Positions 8,588-17,098 of a stretch of 49,277 bases of DNA are shown here, piece after piece. Both the position numbers and the translations under genes were made by a program. This stretch comes from an uncultured Bacteriovoracaceae bacterium (GTDB lineage: Bacteria; Bdellovibrionota; UBA1018), in NCBI GenBank assembly GCA_964467785.1, contig CAYXVB010000003.1, positions 1-49,277 of the forward strand. The letters run 5' to 3'. Position 1 is the stretch's first letter, and each line of letters opens with the position of its first letter. The notes below the pieces were generated by a model, which did not search any database, was not told where the DNA came from, and was given only the letters and a program-made list of their open reading frames with translations.

Positions 8588-10216
8588 TTAAGTCTCCTCG
8601 AGGAGTTTGTAAGCGCCCAGAGTGAGGAACTCCGGAAATTCCTGGGCCGTCACCAGTTGATCCAAAAACGCCGCGGCCTCCGCGAAGGGGAGGGATGCGG
8701 AGGTCGCGGCGAGTCCCGCTTGCGACTGTTGATGTTCGAGCTTGTGGAGCTCCGATTGGCGGAACTCCCGGTAGAGGTCCGTCGTCAGGGTCCGCCCATC
8801 GGATAGGCGGGCCTGGCGACGAAGCCATTGCCAGAGCTGCGCGCGGGAAATTTCGGCCGTGGCGGCGTCTTCCATGAGGTTGTGGATCGCGACCGCGCCC
8901 AAGCCCCGGAGCCAATTCGCGATGTACTGAATGGCCACGTCAATGTTGTTGCGCACACCGGCTTCGGTCACCTGTCCGCCGGGCACGTCAAAAGTAATCA
9001 GCTGCTCGGCGGAGATCCGCACGTCATCCCTGAGTCGGTGCTTCTGGTGGGGCTTACCGCTGGATGCCGACGTTTCGCGGGCGAAGGCTTCGTCAAAAGC
9101 CCTGATCGCGACCGGCACGAGGTCCGGATGCGCCACCCAAGTGCCGTCGAAGCCGTCACGGGCCTCGCGCTGCTTGTCCTCTGAGACTTTGGCTAGGGCC
9201 AGGGCATTCACTTCGGGGTCCTTGCGGCTTGGGATAAATGCCGACATGCCGCCGATGGCGTGCGCACCGCGTTTGTGGCAGGCGCGGACGAGCAGTTCGG
9301 TATAGGCTCGCATGAACGGCACGGTCATCGTGATCTGCGCGCGGTCAGGAAAGATCGGCGTCGAGGAGCGGTCCGCGAACTTCTTGATGGCGCTGAAAAT
9401 ATAGTCCCAGCGGCCCGCGTTGAGCGCCGCGATGTGCGGCCGCAGCTCGTAAAGGATCTCCACCATCTCGAACGCGGCGAGGATGGTTTCGATAAGCACT
9501 GTGGCGCGAATCGTGCCGCGCGGTATGCGCAAGCGATCCTGCGCGAACAGAAAGACGTCGTTCCAGAGGCGGGCCTCGAGATGGCTTTCCGTCTTGGGCA
9601 GATAAAAATACGGACCGGTGCGGCGCTCGAGCAGCTCGACCGCATTATGGAAGAAGTAAAGGCCGAAGTCGAAGAGGCTGCCCGACATCGGTACGCCGTC
9701 GACGGAGACGTGTTTTTCGTCGAGATGCCAGCCGCGGGGGCGCACCAGCAGGGTGGCCAGCTGCGGCTTGAGCACGTATGCCTTTCCTTCGGGGGACGTG
9801 AACGTGAGCGTGCGGCGGACTGCTTCTTGGAGCGCGAGCTGTCCCTCGATGACGTTTTTCCAGGAGGGGGAAAGCGCGTCCTCGAGATCGGCCATGAAAA
9901 CTTTGGCGCCCGAGTTCAGCGCATTGATCATCATCTTGGGTTCGGCCGGACCCGTGATCTCGACGCGCCGGTCCTCGAGATCCGCAGGGATGGGAGCGAC
10001 CTTCCATTCGCCATCGCGGACGCTCTGAGTTTCCGGCAGAAAATCAGGTGTCTCGCCGCGCTGAAGTCGGGCGGCGCGATCTTTTCGTGCCCGAAGCAGT
10101 TGCTGCCTGCGAGATTCGAATTCCCGGTGGAGCGCCGTCAGGAATGTCTGGGCGTCGGGAGTGAGGATGGATTGAACTTCGTATGTCAGACTGCCGTTGA
10201 TTTGCATCGTTTTCAT
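8588..10216 (-). CDS. aceB: Malate synthase A
   Basis: About 540 aa, with [25 protein letters not shown] and GGMSAFIP, all typical of malate synthase A. It lies immediately upstream of aceA. The start is ATG 10216 (MKTMQING); the tracked start at 10228 is a TTG. Confidence 0.93.
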   Translation of the reverse strand: MKTMQINGSLTYEVQSILTPDAQTFLTALHREFESRRQQLLRARKDRAARLQRGETPDFLPETQSVRDGEWKVAPIPADLEDRRVEITGPAEPKMMINALNSGAKVFMADLEDALSPSWKNVIEGQLALQEAVRRTLTFTSPEGKAYVLKPQLATLLVRPRGWHLDEKHVSVDGVPMSGSLFDFGLYFFHNAVELLERRTGPYFYLPKTESHLEARLWNDVFLFAQDRLRIPRGTIRATVLIETILAAFEMVEILYELRPHIAALNAGRWDYIFSAIKKFADRSSTPIFPDRAQITMTVPFMRAYTELLVRACHKRGAHAIGGMSAFIPSRKDPEVNALALAKVSEDKQREARDGFDGTWVAHPDLVPVAIRAFDEAFARETSASSGKPHQKHRLRDDVRISAEQLITFDVPGGQVTEAGVRNNIDVAIQYIANWLRGLGAVAIHNLMEDAATAEISRAQLWQWLRRQARLSDGRTLTTDLYREFRQSELHKLEHQQSQAGLAATSASLPFAEAAAFLDQLVTAQEFPEFLTLGAYKLLEET

Positions 10217-10375
10217 CGAATGGGGCAAGACTGCAGGTGAAGTACCAATGAAAGGACAGCTTTCGTGCGCGGCCCCCTAGGCCTGAGGTTCCTGGGGGGC
10301 CGTGCCGAGTCGGCGCGCCGGCACAAAGAGGGGCCTTCGTTCAACCGGCGTCCGTAAAGTTTAGGCTGTGTTCAA

Positions 10376-10678
10376 TCAGGCTGCGTTGGACGGGGTGCGC
10401 GAGGCGCGTTCCGTCAGCTCGAAAGCCTGATTCTTGATGCTTTCGGAGATGGCCCAGCTGGCCTTGATGCATTCCTGCGCAAGCTTGGACTGTTCCTGCA
10501 CCATAGTGGAAAGGGAGTCGGATACCACCTGACCGAGTTGCAGGGAGCGGTCCACCATGATCTGCGCGCCGCGGAACTGGATTCCCACCAGGTCGCGGAA
10601 CGTGTCGTTGATGGCGCCGAAATTGGGTGCTGCGCCGAAGAAGGGAGTCTTGGTTTCGTTAGGAGACTTTCCGGACAT
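10376..10678 (-). CDS. Phasin-like PHA granule-associated protein (tentative)
   Basis: 100-aa helical protein starting at ATG 10678, preceded by GGAGGAAACG. It sits directly downstream of phaR with palindromic operator-like sites in its upstream region. The assignment rests on context and size. Confidence 0.5.
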   Translation of the reverse strand: MSGKSPNETKTPFFGAAPNFGAINDTFRDLVGIQFRGAQIMVDRSLQLGQVVSDSLSTMVQEQSKLAQECIKASWAISESIKNQAFELTERASRTPSNAA

Positions 10679-10795
10679 CGTTTCCTCCAGGTTAGTGCAT
10701 TCGTTCGCGGGCTTCATTGCCCACGCAGCGCTCGCAGGAAGTGCAAGCACCACGAAGGGAAAGATGCCATAGGAGGTCCTGAAATCAAGAAATTA

Positions 10796-10811
10796 TTTTG
10801 CAGACGCAAAA
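10796..10811. promoter_or_regulatory. Palindrome TTTTGC-AGAC-GCAAAA, candidate PhaR operator upstream of the phasin-like gene
   Basis: Perfect 6-bp inverted arms with a 4-nt spacer, about 118 nt upstream of the phasin-like start codon. Confidence 0.45.
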
Positions 10812-10898
10812 CAAAAGAGGCGAGTCAAAGTGAAGTCGAAAAAACGTATTGCAGAAAGAGGCGGATTTTTCAGGCTTTTTTTATGAATGCGTACCGGA

Positions 10899-10920
10899 AT
10901 GTTTTGCTAAGGCAAAACAT
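10899..10920. promoter_or_regulatory. Palindrome ATGTTTTGC-TAAG-GCAAAACAT, candidate PhaR operator
   Basis: Perfect 9-bp inverted arms with a 4-nt spacer. It has the same TTTTGC/GCAAAA core as the site at 10796. It lies between the phaR stop and the phasin-like gene. Confidence 0.45.
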
Positions 10921-10953
10921 AAGTGTTCCGCTTCGGTGCGTTATCCAGAAAGG

Positions 10954-10973
10954 GGCGCGCTCATAGGCGCGCC
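10954..10973 (-). terminator. Weak terminator-like GC hairpin just after the phaR stop
   Basis: ggcgcgc-tcatag-gcgcgcc is a 7-bp GC stem lying 5 nt after the phaR stop. On the minus strand only a weak tail follows (CCCCTTTCT). Confidence 0.3.
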
Positions 10974-10978
10974 GATCT

Positions 10979-11617
10979 TCAGGCCTTTTTGCCGGCGGGA
11001 CGCCCTGCGCGTTCAGCGGTCTGCGCGACCGGAGAAGTCTCTTGCGTGCCGGTCATGGCGGCAGCTTTGCGGGCTTTTGGGGCGGTTTTGAGCGGAGTCG
11101 GCGCCGAAGTGGGAGTGGAGGCCGCATCAGCCATCGCAGATGTCTCGTGAGCATCATCGGCCATCGAGGCCTGGCTCTCGGTTGATTTCTCATGTGCCGC
11201 GGCCTTTGCCGCATTGAACGCCCGAATCGGAGACCAGGCACCGAAGAGAGGCGAAAGGTTCTGGTAAAAGCTTTCCATCTCGCGCTGAACACCCATGAAC
11301 ATTTGCATGCTCTGATTGAGGTACATGTCCCAGAAACCGCGCAGGGTGGATTCGTTTAGGCGGATCATCTGTTCGAGAACCTGCACCGGAAAGTGGCTCG
11401 CCCGGCCTCCTTCGAGGAGGATTTGCGTCAAAATCTCGGAGGTAATGTCCGTCTGACTCTCGGAGTCGGTGACCGCGACCCGCTTGCCTTGGCGCACCCA
11501 TTCGGCGATCTCGTTGAGGGTCACAAATCGCTTATCCGCCGTGGAATACAAACGGCGATTGGGGTACTTGCGGATACGAATTTCTGCGACTGCGTCAGAC
11601 TTCGGTTCAAACGTCAT
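10979..11617 (-). CDS. phaR: Polyhydroxyalkanoate synthesis repressor PhaR
   Basis: IRIRKYPNRRLYSTADKRFVTLNEIAEWV is the hallmark PhaR N-terminal DNA-binding motif. The start is set at ATG 11617 (MTFEPKS), which gives the usual spacing of about 16 aa before KYPNRRLY. The tracked start at 11680 has no RBS and overlaps an operator-like site. Confidence 0.9.
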   Translation of the reverse strand: MTFEPKSDAVAEIRIRKYPNRRLYSTADKRFVTLNEIAEWVRQGKRVAVTDSESQTDITSEILTQILLEGGRASHFPVQVLEQMIRLNESTLRGFWDMYLNQSMQMFMGVQREMESFYQNLSPLFGAWSPIRAFNAAKAAAHEKSTESQASMADDAHETSAMADAASTPTSAPTPLKTAPKARKAAAMTGTQETSPVAQTAERAGRPAGKKA

Positions 11618-11666
11618 GGTCGGGCCTTTATAGGCCGTGTTATTCGGCGGATCAACTGAATTTGTG

Positions 11667-11682
11667 TTCTGCAAACGCATAA
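11667..11682. promoter_or_regulatory. Imperfect palindrome TTCTGC-AAAC-GCATAA, candidate autoregulatory PhaR site in the phaR / 11745 divergent promoter
   Basis: Five of six arm positions are complementary. It shares TGCA.ACGCA with the site at 10796. It lies 50-65 nt upstream of the proposed phaR start. Confidence 0.35.
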
Positions 11683-11744
11683 TAGAGTTGAGTTTTTAGT
11701 CCCAAGGGGCGAAGATCCGATCGACCGCCTGGGGAGGTGAAACC

Positions 11745-12185
11745 ATGGCCCAAAATAGTCATGAACAATGGCTGAAACGTTTGGATCAGTTGGAAAAAAA
11801 GCTCGACGAAGGCTTTGAACGGCTTGCCAGCAACCCGGTTTTCCTCGGCACTGTGGCTGTGCTGATGAACGCGGATTCACACCGCAAGATTCTCGTAAAG
11901 GAAAGCATGAATCGGATCTGGAAAACTCTCCAGCTTCCCAATCGCCGGGACCAGGAGCGCGAGCTCCATTTGCTTCATGAGATCCAACACCGTCTCCTGG
12001 AGCTCGAGGACCGGATCCGGAAGGTCGAGAAAGTCGAAAAGAAGATAGAAAAGGCTGAAAAGTCTGAAAAAGCCGAGAAATCGGAGAAATCCCCCAAGGC
12101 GCTTAAGGCGGATGGAAACCCTGTGGACAATGCCATCGGCGAATCTGGCCGGGGCAAAGCCACCAAGTCCGTGACGGTGCAGTGA
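11745..12185 (+). CDS. Short coiled-coil partner of the PHA synthase (PhaE / class IV PhaR-subunit-like), tentative
   Basis: Strong RBS (GGGGAGGTGA). Its stop lies 1 nt before the phaC ATG. LQLPNRRDQERELHLLHEIQHRLLELEDRIRKVE resembles the LPT..D...L...I..LE..V motif found in PhaE and Bacillus PhaR subunits. It has a Lys/Glu low-complexity tail (KVEKVEKKIEKAEKSEKAEKSEKS). Confidence 0.45.
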   Translation: MAQNSHEQWLKRLDQLEKKLDEGFERLASNPVFLGTVAVLMNADSHRKILVKESMNRIWKTLQLPNRRDQERELHLLHEIQHRLLELEDRIRKVEKVEKKIEKAEKSEKAEKSEKSPKALKADGNPVDNAIGESGRGKATKSVTVQ

Positions 12186-12186
12186 T

Positions 12187-13260
12187 ATGGGATGGACGGA
12201 TCTATTGCCTTCGTCGGTTCGATTGAAGGAACGCATCCAATCCGCGGCCGCCTCTGGAAAGTTGGGAAGTTGGGGGGGGCTTCGCCATCTAGAGGATCTC
12301 GCCAGCACTCCGACCGAGGTGATCTATCAAGAAGGGGCGCTCCAGCTCAGCCAGTTTGTTTTTGATCGGGAGCCCACTCGGGGCTATCCGATCGTTCTGA
12401 TCCCTTCGCTGATCAACCGGTATTATGTACTCGACTTGCTGCCGGATAGGAGCCTTATCCGGTTTCTGGGCGAAAAGGGCTTTGACGTTTACGTCGTCGA
12501 ATGGGGAACCCCGGAGGACGAGGACCGTTACCTCACTCTCGAGCGCCTGATCGACGGCCGGTTGAAGCGCGCGATCCGCAGCGCCGCGGAGCACTCGGGC
12601 GCTGAAAAGGTCCATCTGCTCGGGCATTGCCTGGGTGGAACCGTGGCAGCCGCTTTTGCGGGGCTGCATCCGGATTTGGTGGCCAGTCTTCCGCTCATGA
12701 CCACGCCGCTGGACTTCAACGGCAAAGATCTTCTCTCCGTGTGGAGCCGGCATCCCTCTTTTGATCTCGACAGCTACATCGAGGCTCATGGCAACATGCC
12801 GTGGCCGATCATGCAGGCGGCGTTTTACCTGATGAGGCCGGCTTCGATGGCGTTCAAGCTGATCAAGGCTTCCCCGAGGTTCCGCGACGAGGATTTCGTC
12901 ACGGGCTTCATCGCCCTGGAGACCTGGGGCAGCGATAACGTGAGTTTCCCGGGGCATTGTTATCGGGACCTGATCCGTTCGCTTTATCGTGAGAATGCCC
13001 TGATGAAGGACGGCCTCAAGGTGGGGCGTCGTCGGGTCAAGTTCTCCGATGTGAAGTGTCCCGTCCTGAGTATTGCCGGCGCAGCCGATCATATCGTGCC
13101 TGCCGAGACGACGCTTAAGGAATGTGCCGCGAGTGGCACGTCGCCCCAAGTCACCTCCTGGATGTCCGAAGGCGGGCACATCGGCGCGATCCTGGGCAAG
13201 AAAGCGCAGCGCGAAGTCTGGCCAATGATGGCCGAGTGGCTCGAGCGACAAGAGGAGTGA
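12187..13260 (+). CDS. phaC: Poly(3-hydroxyalkanoate) synthase, class III/IV-type PhaC (357 aa)
   Basis: The size matches the short PhaC classes. It has an alpha/beta-hydrolase layout with the lipase-box variant G-x-C-x-G (LLGHCLGGT), plus PIVLIPSLINRYYVLDL and DVYVVEWG. Confidence 0.85.
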   Translation: MGWTDLLPSSVRLKERIQSAAASGKLGSWGGLRHLEDLASTPTEVIYQEGALQLSQFVFDREPTRGYPIVLIPSLINRYYVLDLLPDRSLIRFLGEKGFDVYVVEWGTPEDEDRYLTLERLIDGRLKRAIRSAAEHSGAEKVHLLGHCLGGTVAAAFAGLHPDLVASLPLMTTPLDFNGKDLLSVWSRHPSFDLDSYIEAHGNMPWPIMQAAFYLMRPASMAFKLIKASPRFRDEDFVTGFIALETWGSDNVSFPGHCYRDLIRSLYRENALMKDGLKVGRRRVKFSDVKCPVLSIAGAADHIVPAETTLKECAASGTSPQVTSWMSEGGHIGAILGKKAQREVWPMMAEWLERQEE

Positions 13261-13265
13261 CGGAA

Positions 13266-14231
13266 ATGAAGTTTGGTCCCAGAGTGGAGATCGATTGCGG
13301 ATCTCACTCGGTTTTTGCCGAAATGCGCGAAGCCAAAGGCCGTGGCCGGGAGCTGCCGCCGATCGTGTTACTCAACGGCTTGAGCGACACCATGGAGCAC
13401 TGGGACCCGTTTCTGAAAGATCTTCATTGCGAGGGTCGGGCCGTGGTGAGGCTGGATTTTCGCGGTCAGGGCGTGTCGCTGCGGACGGAGCTTGAGCGCA
13501 CTGGCGTATTCGAGACCGATGTCTCGGTCGAAGAGCAGGCTGCGGATCTCGAGCTCGTGCTCCAGCGATTCGAAATTAAAGGGCCTGTCGATCTGATTGC
13601 TTCCTCTTACGGCGGAGGGATCGGCATGTACTTCGCCTCGATCCATCCGGAGCTGATCCATCGTATCGTTCTGTTCGTGCCCTATGTGATCCGGCTCGAC
13701 CAGGCGCTCCCTGTGCAGCGCATGTGGGCGCGGCAATGGGATCTCATGGGCCATGTCGGGGGACTGTTTGCCAGCGCGGCGATCGCCTCCGGTCGGCGTC
13801 ACTACCAGAGTTTTCTCTCGCACTACATGAATTATCGTTATGGCAACGCCATGACGGATCCGGTGGCCCGATCGGCAGCGATCCACCTGACCTTCGGGAT
13901 CATGCGCTTCAGCGCGTTCCAGATCATCGACCGGTTGCCTGACGCCAGTGTGCATCTGGTCACGGTCGGACGGGACACCCTCGTGCCGCCGAGCCTTTAC
14001 CATGAGTTCTGGTCCAAGACTCCCCAGAGCGCCCGCGCCAGCTGGCTCTACGTGCCCGATGGGGAGCATCTCCTATTGCAGCAGGCGCCGCTGTTCTGCG
14101 CCTCTTGGGTGAGTCGAGTTCTTGCCGGGGACTCTGAGATTTCCGGAGGAAAGCGCTTTCGCGGAGAAACCTTCGCCTTTGAAGCGTTTTCGGATGGACA
14201 TCCAGGGGTTACCGTCTCTTTGGCGCGCTAA
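13266..14231 (+). CDS. Alpha/beta-fold hydrolase co-transcribed with phaC
   Basis: ATG at 13266 lies 5 nt after the phaC stop, with GAGGAG upstream. PIVLLNGLSD and the nucleophile elbow IASSYGGGIG indicate the alpha/beta-hydrolase fold. The tracked start at 13122 is an overlap artefact. Confidence 0.7.
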   Translation: MKFGPRVEIDCGSHSVFAEMREAKGRGRELPPIVLLNGLSDTMEHWDPFLKDLHCEGRAVVRLDFRGQGVSLRTELERTGVFETDVSVEEQAADLELVLQRFEIKGPVDLIASSYGGGIGMYFASIHPELIHRIVLFVPYVIRLDQALPVQRMWARQWDLMGHVGGLFASAAIASGRRHYQSFLSHYMNYRYGNAMTDPVARSAAIHLTFGIMRFSAFQIIDRLPDASVHLVTVGRDTLVPPSLYHEFWSKTPQSARASWLYVPDGEHLLLQQAPLFCASWVSRVLAGDSEISGGKRFRGETFAFEAFSDGHPGVTVSLAR

Positions 14232-14413
14232 GCCTGGTATCGCCAGAGGCCTGATCGCCTGATTAACGTGTTCCTAGGTCCGCCGCGACACCCTCACTAA
14301 TTGCCTGAAATTAAATCAGGTTTACTGTGCACAAAGCTGACATTTCGAAGCTTAGCCACTGCTGTCAAACTAATAGTTGAGTAAATTAGTCTGACTACCG
14401 ATTAAAGGGATGC

Positions 14414-16078
14414 GTGTTGGCGGAAATTCGAAGGGCTATCAGACTGAGTTCGGGATGGCGTTGGACGGGCTTGGGTGCCACGGTCTTGGCGCTTTCTTCT
14501 TGTTCCCAGAGCACAGTGAGCACTGCCAAGACCTACGATTGTTCGGGGGGACCCGCGCTGAGCGGCACATCTTGGACTCCAAACGTCGCGGGCGCTTCCG
14601 CGACCAATCACGGCTCCGCGACGGTGACTTCGGAGGTCAAAACGCAGACCGGACCGGTGACGGGTTATTCCCAACCTGCGCCCGCGTCGCAAGAGCTGAC
14701 CTTCACGATCAATGTGCCTGCGGATCTGGGCGCTTACGGCTCGCTGCAGCTGATCGCCGATGTCAAGAGCGTCACTGGCGTGAGCACCGTCTATCCATTG
14801 CTGGTTTACCTTTCAGATCCGGCGGGAAAGGAATACGTCAATCTCGCGCGCGCCGGCACGGGCGGCGACTGCGCCCAGAGCGGTTACTTCTCTTCTTGGA
14901 GCAATCCGTACGCTTATCCAACTCAAAACTCCAACTGCACCGTGACCTGGCCTTCGGCCTTTTCGGATTACTATCACTGGCGCGAGCGCCAGATGGCACT
15001 TCCTAGCGTTAACACGTTCCCGACCTGCAACTGGAGCGGAGGGACTGGCGGAAGCTCAAGCAGCCCGGCCTGTGCGTTTAATGATCAGTCTTGGATCTCA
15101 GGCGCGGCCGGCCTGGCGGCGGGCAATTATACGGCCAAGTACGTAATGATCACCTCCGACAAGGCCAATGCTGGCACGGCAACGGCTACATTGGAGCTCA
15201 CGGTCGCGCAGAAGACCTCGACCGCAGCTGGCGGGGCAGTGGATCTCAACGTGATCCTCGTGGGCAACTCCGTGATCAACGCTTCCCGCACATCGCAGGG
15301 CCAGCGCAATCTCAATACCGCTTTTGCAGGTGCGCAGAGCCTCTACAACACGGCCGGCACGAATGTGAAGTTCGGGACGATTCGGGTTTTTGAGTGGACC
15401 TGCGAAACGGGCGGCGATATCTACGCCTCGCTCAGATCCTCGGATCTCGAGCAGATGTTCATCGACGGAGGCACCGCCATCGGTGGCGCCGGCAACGGCA
15501 AGTCGATCAATCTTTACCTGGTCAAGTCGTTCTCGGACAACGCGGGCATTCTCGGCATTTCAGGCGGCATCGGTGGCCCATTCGTCAATGGCAAGGCCTC
15601 GAGCGGCGTGGCCGTGGCCACATTCGGCAAGCTCTCGTCCTGGAACCCGAACTGTACTCTTTCGAGTTGTCCGGTCTCCAGCCAGGAGGCCGCTTACAAC
15701 GATTTCATCGGCACGATGGCCCATGAGATGGGGCATTACCTCGGACTCAACCACCCGAGCGAGTCCGACGGCACCCGCCACGACATCGTGGCCGATACCC
15801 CGATCTGCACGGCCACCTCGAGCGGCTACATCACGATCGGCTCTTGCCTCAACTCGGACAATAACTATTTTCCGCCGACTAACAAGCGTTGCCGCGACCA
15901 GTGCTCGACCTATAGCTCGGTGAGCGGGGTGTTCTGTCCAGCGGTCCAGGAGTGCGAGTTCAACCACCTGATGTGGTGGAGCTCCAAGAACTTCAAGGAG
16001 GGCTCGGGCGCGGGCGACGGTAACATGATCTCGAGCAACGCGGGCCGCATCATCAATTATAGTCCGCTCGTTCAATGA
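14414..16078 (+). CDS. Lipoprotein zinc metalloprotease, M43 (pappalysin/ulilysin-like) metzincin
   Basis: Lipobox VLALSSC|SQ. HEMGHYLGLNHPSESDGTRHDIVADTP matches the M43 signature HExGHxLGLxH...D.V.DTP. The protein is Cys-rich and appears secreted. Confidence 0.8.
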   Translation: MLAEIRRAIRLSSGWRWTGLGATVLALSSCSQSTVSTAKTYDCSGGPALSGTSWTPNVAGASATNHGSATVTSEVKTQTGPVTGYSQPAPASQELTFTINVPADLGAYGSLQLIADVKSVTGVSTVYPLLVYLSDPAGKEYVNLARAGTGGDCAQSGYFSSWSNPYAYPTQNSNCTVTWPSAFSDYYHWRERQMALPSVNTFPTCNWSGGTGGSSSSPACAFNDQSWISGAAGLAAGNYTAKYVMITSDKANAGTATATLELTVAQKTSTAAGGAVDLNVILVGNSVINASRTSQGQRNLNTAFAGAQSLYNTAGTNVKFGTIRVFEWTCETGGDIYASLRSSDLEQMFIDGGTAIGGAGNGKSINLYLVKSFSDNAGILGISGGIGGPFVNGKASSGVAVATFGKLSSWNPNCTLSSCPVSSQEAAYNDFIGTMAHEMGHYLGLNHPSESDGTRHDIVADTPICTATSSGYITIGSCLNSDNNYFPPTNKRCRDQCSTYSSVSGVFCPAVQECEFNHLMWWSSKNFKEGSGAGDGNMISSNAGRIINYSPLVQ

Positions 16079-16106
16079 GCGGGTTCGGTGCTACACTGGG
16101 TGAATC

Positions 16107-17072
16107 ATGAGACTCGCCGCCATTCTTCGCCGTGCCTCCGCCCCGCTCCTACTTTGCCTCTTCGCGCATCTGGCTTTTGCGCCGTCCAGAGCCTGGGCCC
16201 GTTCGGAAGAGGAGATCCGCACCGCGATCGAGGAGACGCTCCTGCAGCGCCATCCCACCGACACGTTGGAGTGGTGGCGGACATTGGGGCCCATGGCTCC
16301 GAAGGTCATCATTTCGGTTTACGAGTCCAAGAGTCATATCGCGCATCGGATCAAGCTTTTACAGGGGTTGTCGGCTTTCGACACCTCTGAGTCGGTCGAG
16401 TTCCTGAAGAAGCAGGCCCAGGCCGCCTCAGACGACGTAATCCGCACTACGTCCGTCAAGGGGGTGGGTGTCGCGGCGGGCGCGAGGGAGAGCGAATTTC
16501 TTTCCAAATACCTCCATCATGAGGATCCCCAGACGCGGCTGACCGCGGCCCAGGCGCTCGCTGCGGCCGCCGCGCAGGGGGATGCGCGCGCCCGGTCCAT
16601 GCTCGAGCAGTTCAGGCGCGAGGAAAAGAATTCGATGGTGCTAGCGCGGCTCGCTAACCAGCTGCCCGGACCCACGGCTGTTCTCAAGCCGGTTTCGACT
16701 TCCGAAGACCAATTGAGCCCGGAACTCGCCGGCGAATGGACTGGACTCTGGATCAAGCCGCAGAAAAAGGCGCGCAAGGGCGTCCTTGCCGAGGAGCTAG
16801 TCCTGCGCTTGCGCGGAGAGGGGGCGAACGATCTCAAAGGGGACGTCCTGTTGAGCTCGCCAAGGACAGGGCGCACGCGGCTCGGTACGATCGAACAGGT
16901 CACGGGCAAGGCTTCGGCTTTTGCCGGCGCCTTCATCCTCAAAGCGCAGGGTCAGGACCCGAGGGTCGAGCTTCCGTTCGAGGCGCAGCTGCATAACGAA
17001 GGGGATTCGCTGATGCTGGTGGTGCATGTCCGCCGTCTCGGTGTCTGGGCGATCCTCAAGAAGAGTCCTTAG
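16107..17072 (+). CDS. Secreted HEAT/armadillo-like repeat protein
   Basis: Signal peptide (LLLCLFAHLAFAPSRAWA|RS). Helical repeat segments include a HEDPQTRLTAAQALA-type HEAT motif. Confidence 0.5.
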   Translation: MRLAAILRRASAPLLLCLFAHLAFAPSRAWARSEEEIRTAIEETLLQRHPTDTLEWWRTLGPMAPKVIISVYESKSHIAHRIKLLQGLSAFDTSESVEFLKKQAQAASDDVIRTTSVKGVGVAAGARESEFLSKYLHHEDPQTRLTAAQALAAAAAQGDARARSMLEQFRREEKNSMVLARLANQLPGPTAVLKPVSTSEDQLSPELAGEWTGLWIKPQKKARKGVLAEELVLRLRGEGANDLKGDVLLSSPRTGRTRLGTIEQVTGKASAFAGAFILKAQGQDPRVELPFEAQLHNEGDSLMLVVHVRRLGVWAILKKSP

Positions 17073-17098
17073 CGCGCTGTCGTCCGAGACCCGGATCT

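Noticed and set aside
8583-8915. N-terminal 111-codon extension of the isocitrate lyase ORF
   Set aside because: The extension overlaps the 3' end of aceB, is Pro/Gly/Arg-rich, and has no counterpart in known isocitrate lyases. Homology begins right after the ATG at 8582/8564.
9260-10240. 326-aa plus-strand ORF. Similar long antisense ORFs occur at 12289-13251, 13368-14069, 25003-25866, 25388-26188, 22889-23719 and 32473-33285.
   Set aside because: Each is fully embedded antisense or out of frame within a gene that has clear family motifs (aceB, phaC, the hydrolase, the ABC ATPase, the permease, sdhB). They are high-GC shadow ORFs.
10276-10345. GC-rich hairpins (GGCCCCC...GGGGGCC and GTGCCG...CGGCAC) downstream of the phasin-like gene as possible terminators
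   Set aside because: The stems are short with long loops and have no T-tract on the relevant (minus) strand. This is not enough to call an intrinsic terminator.
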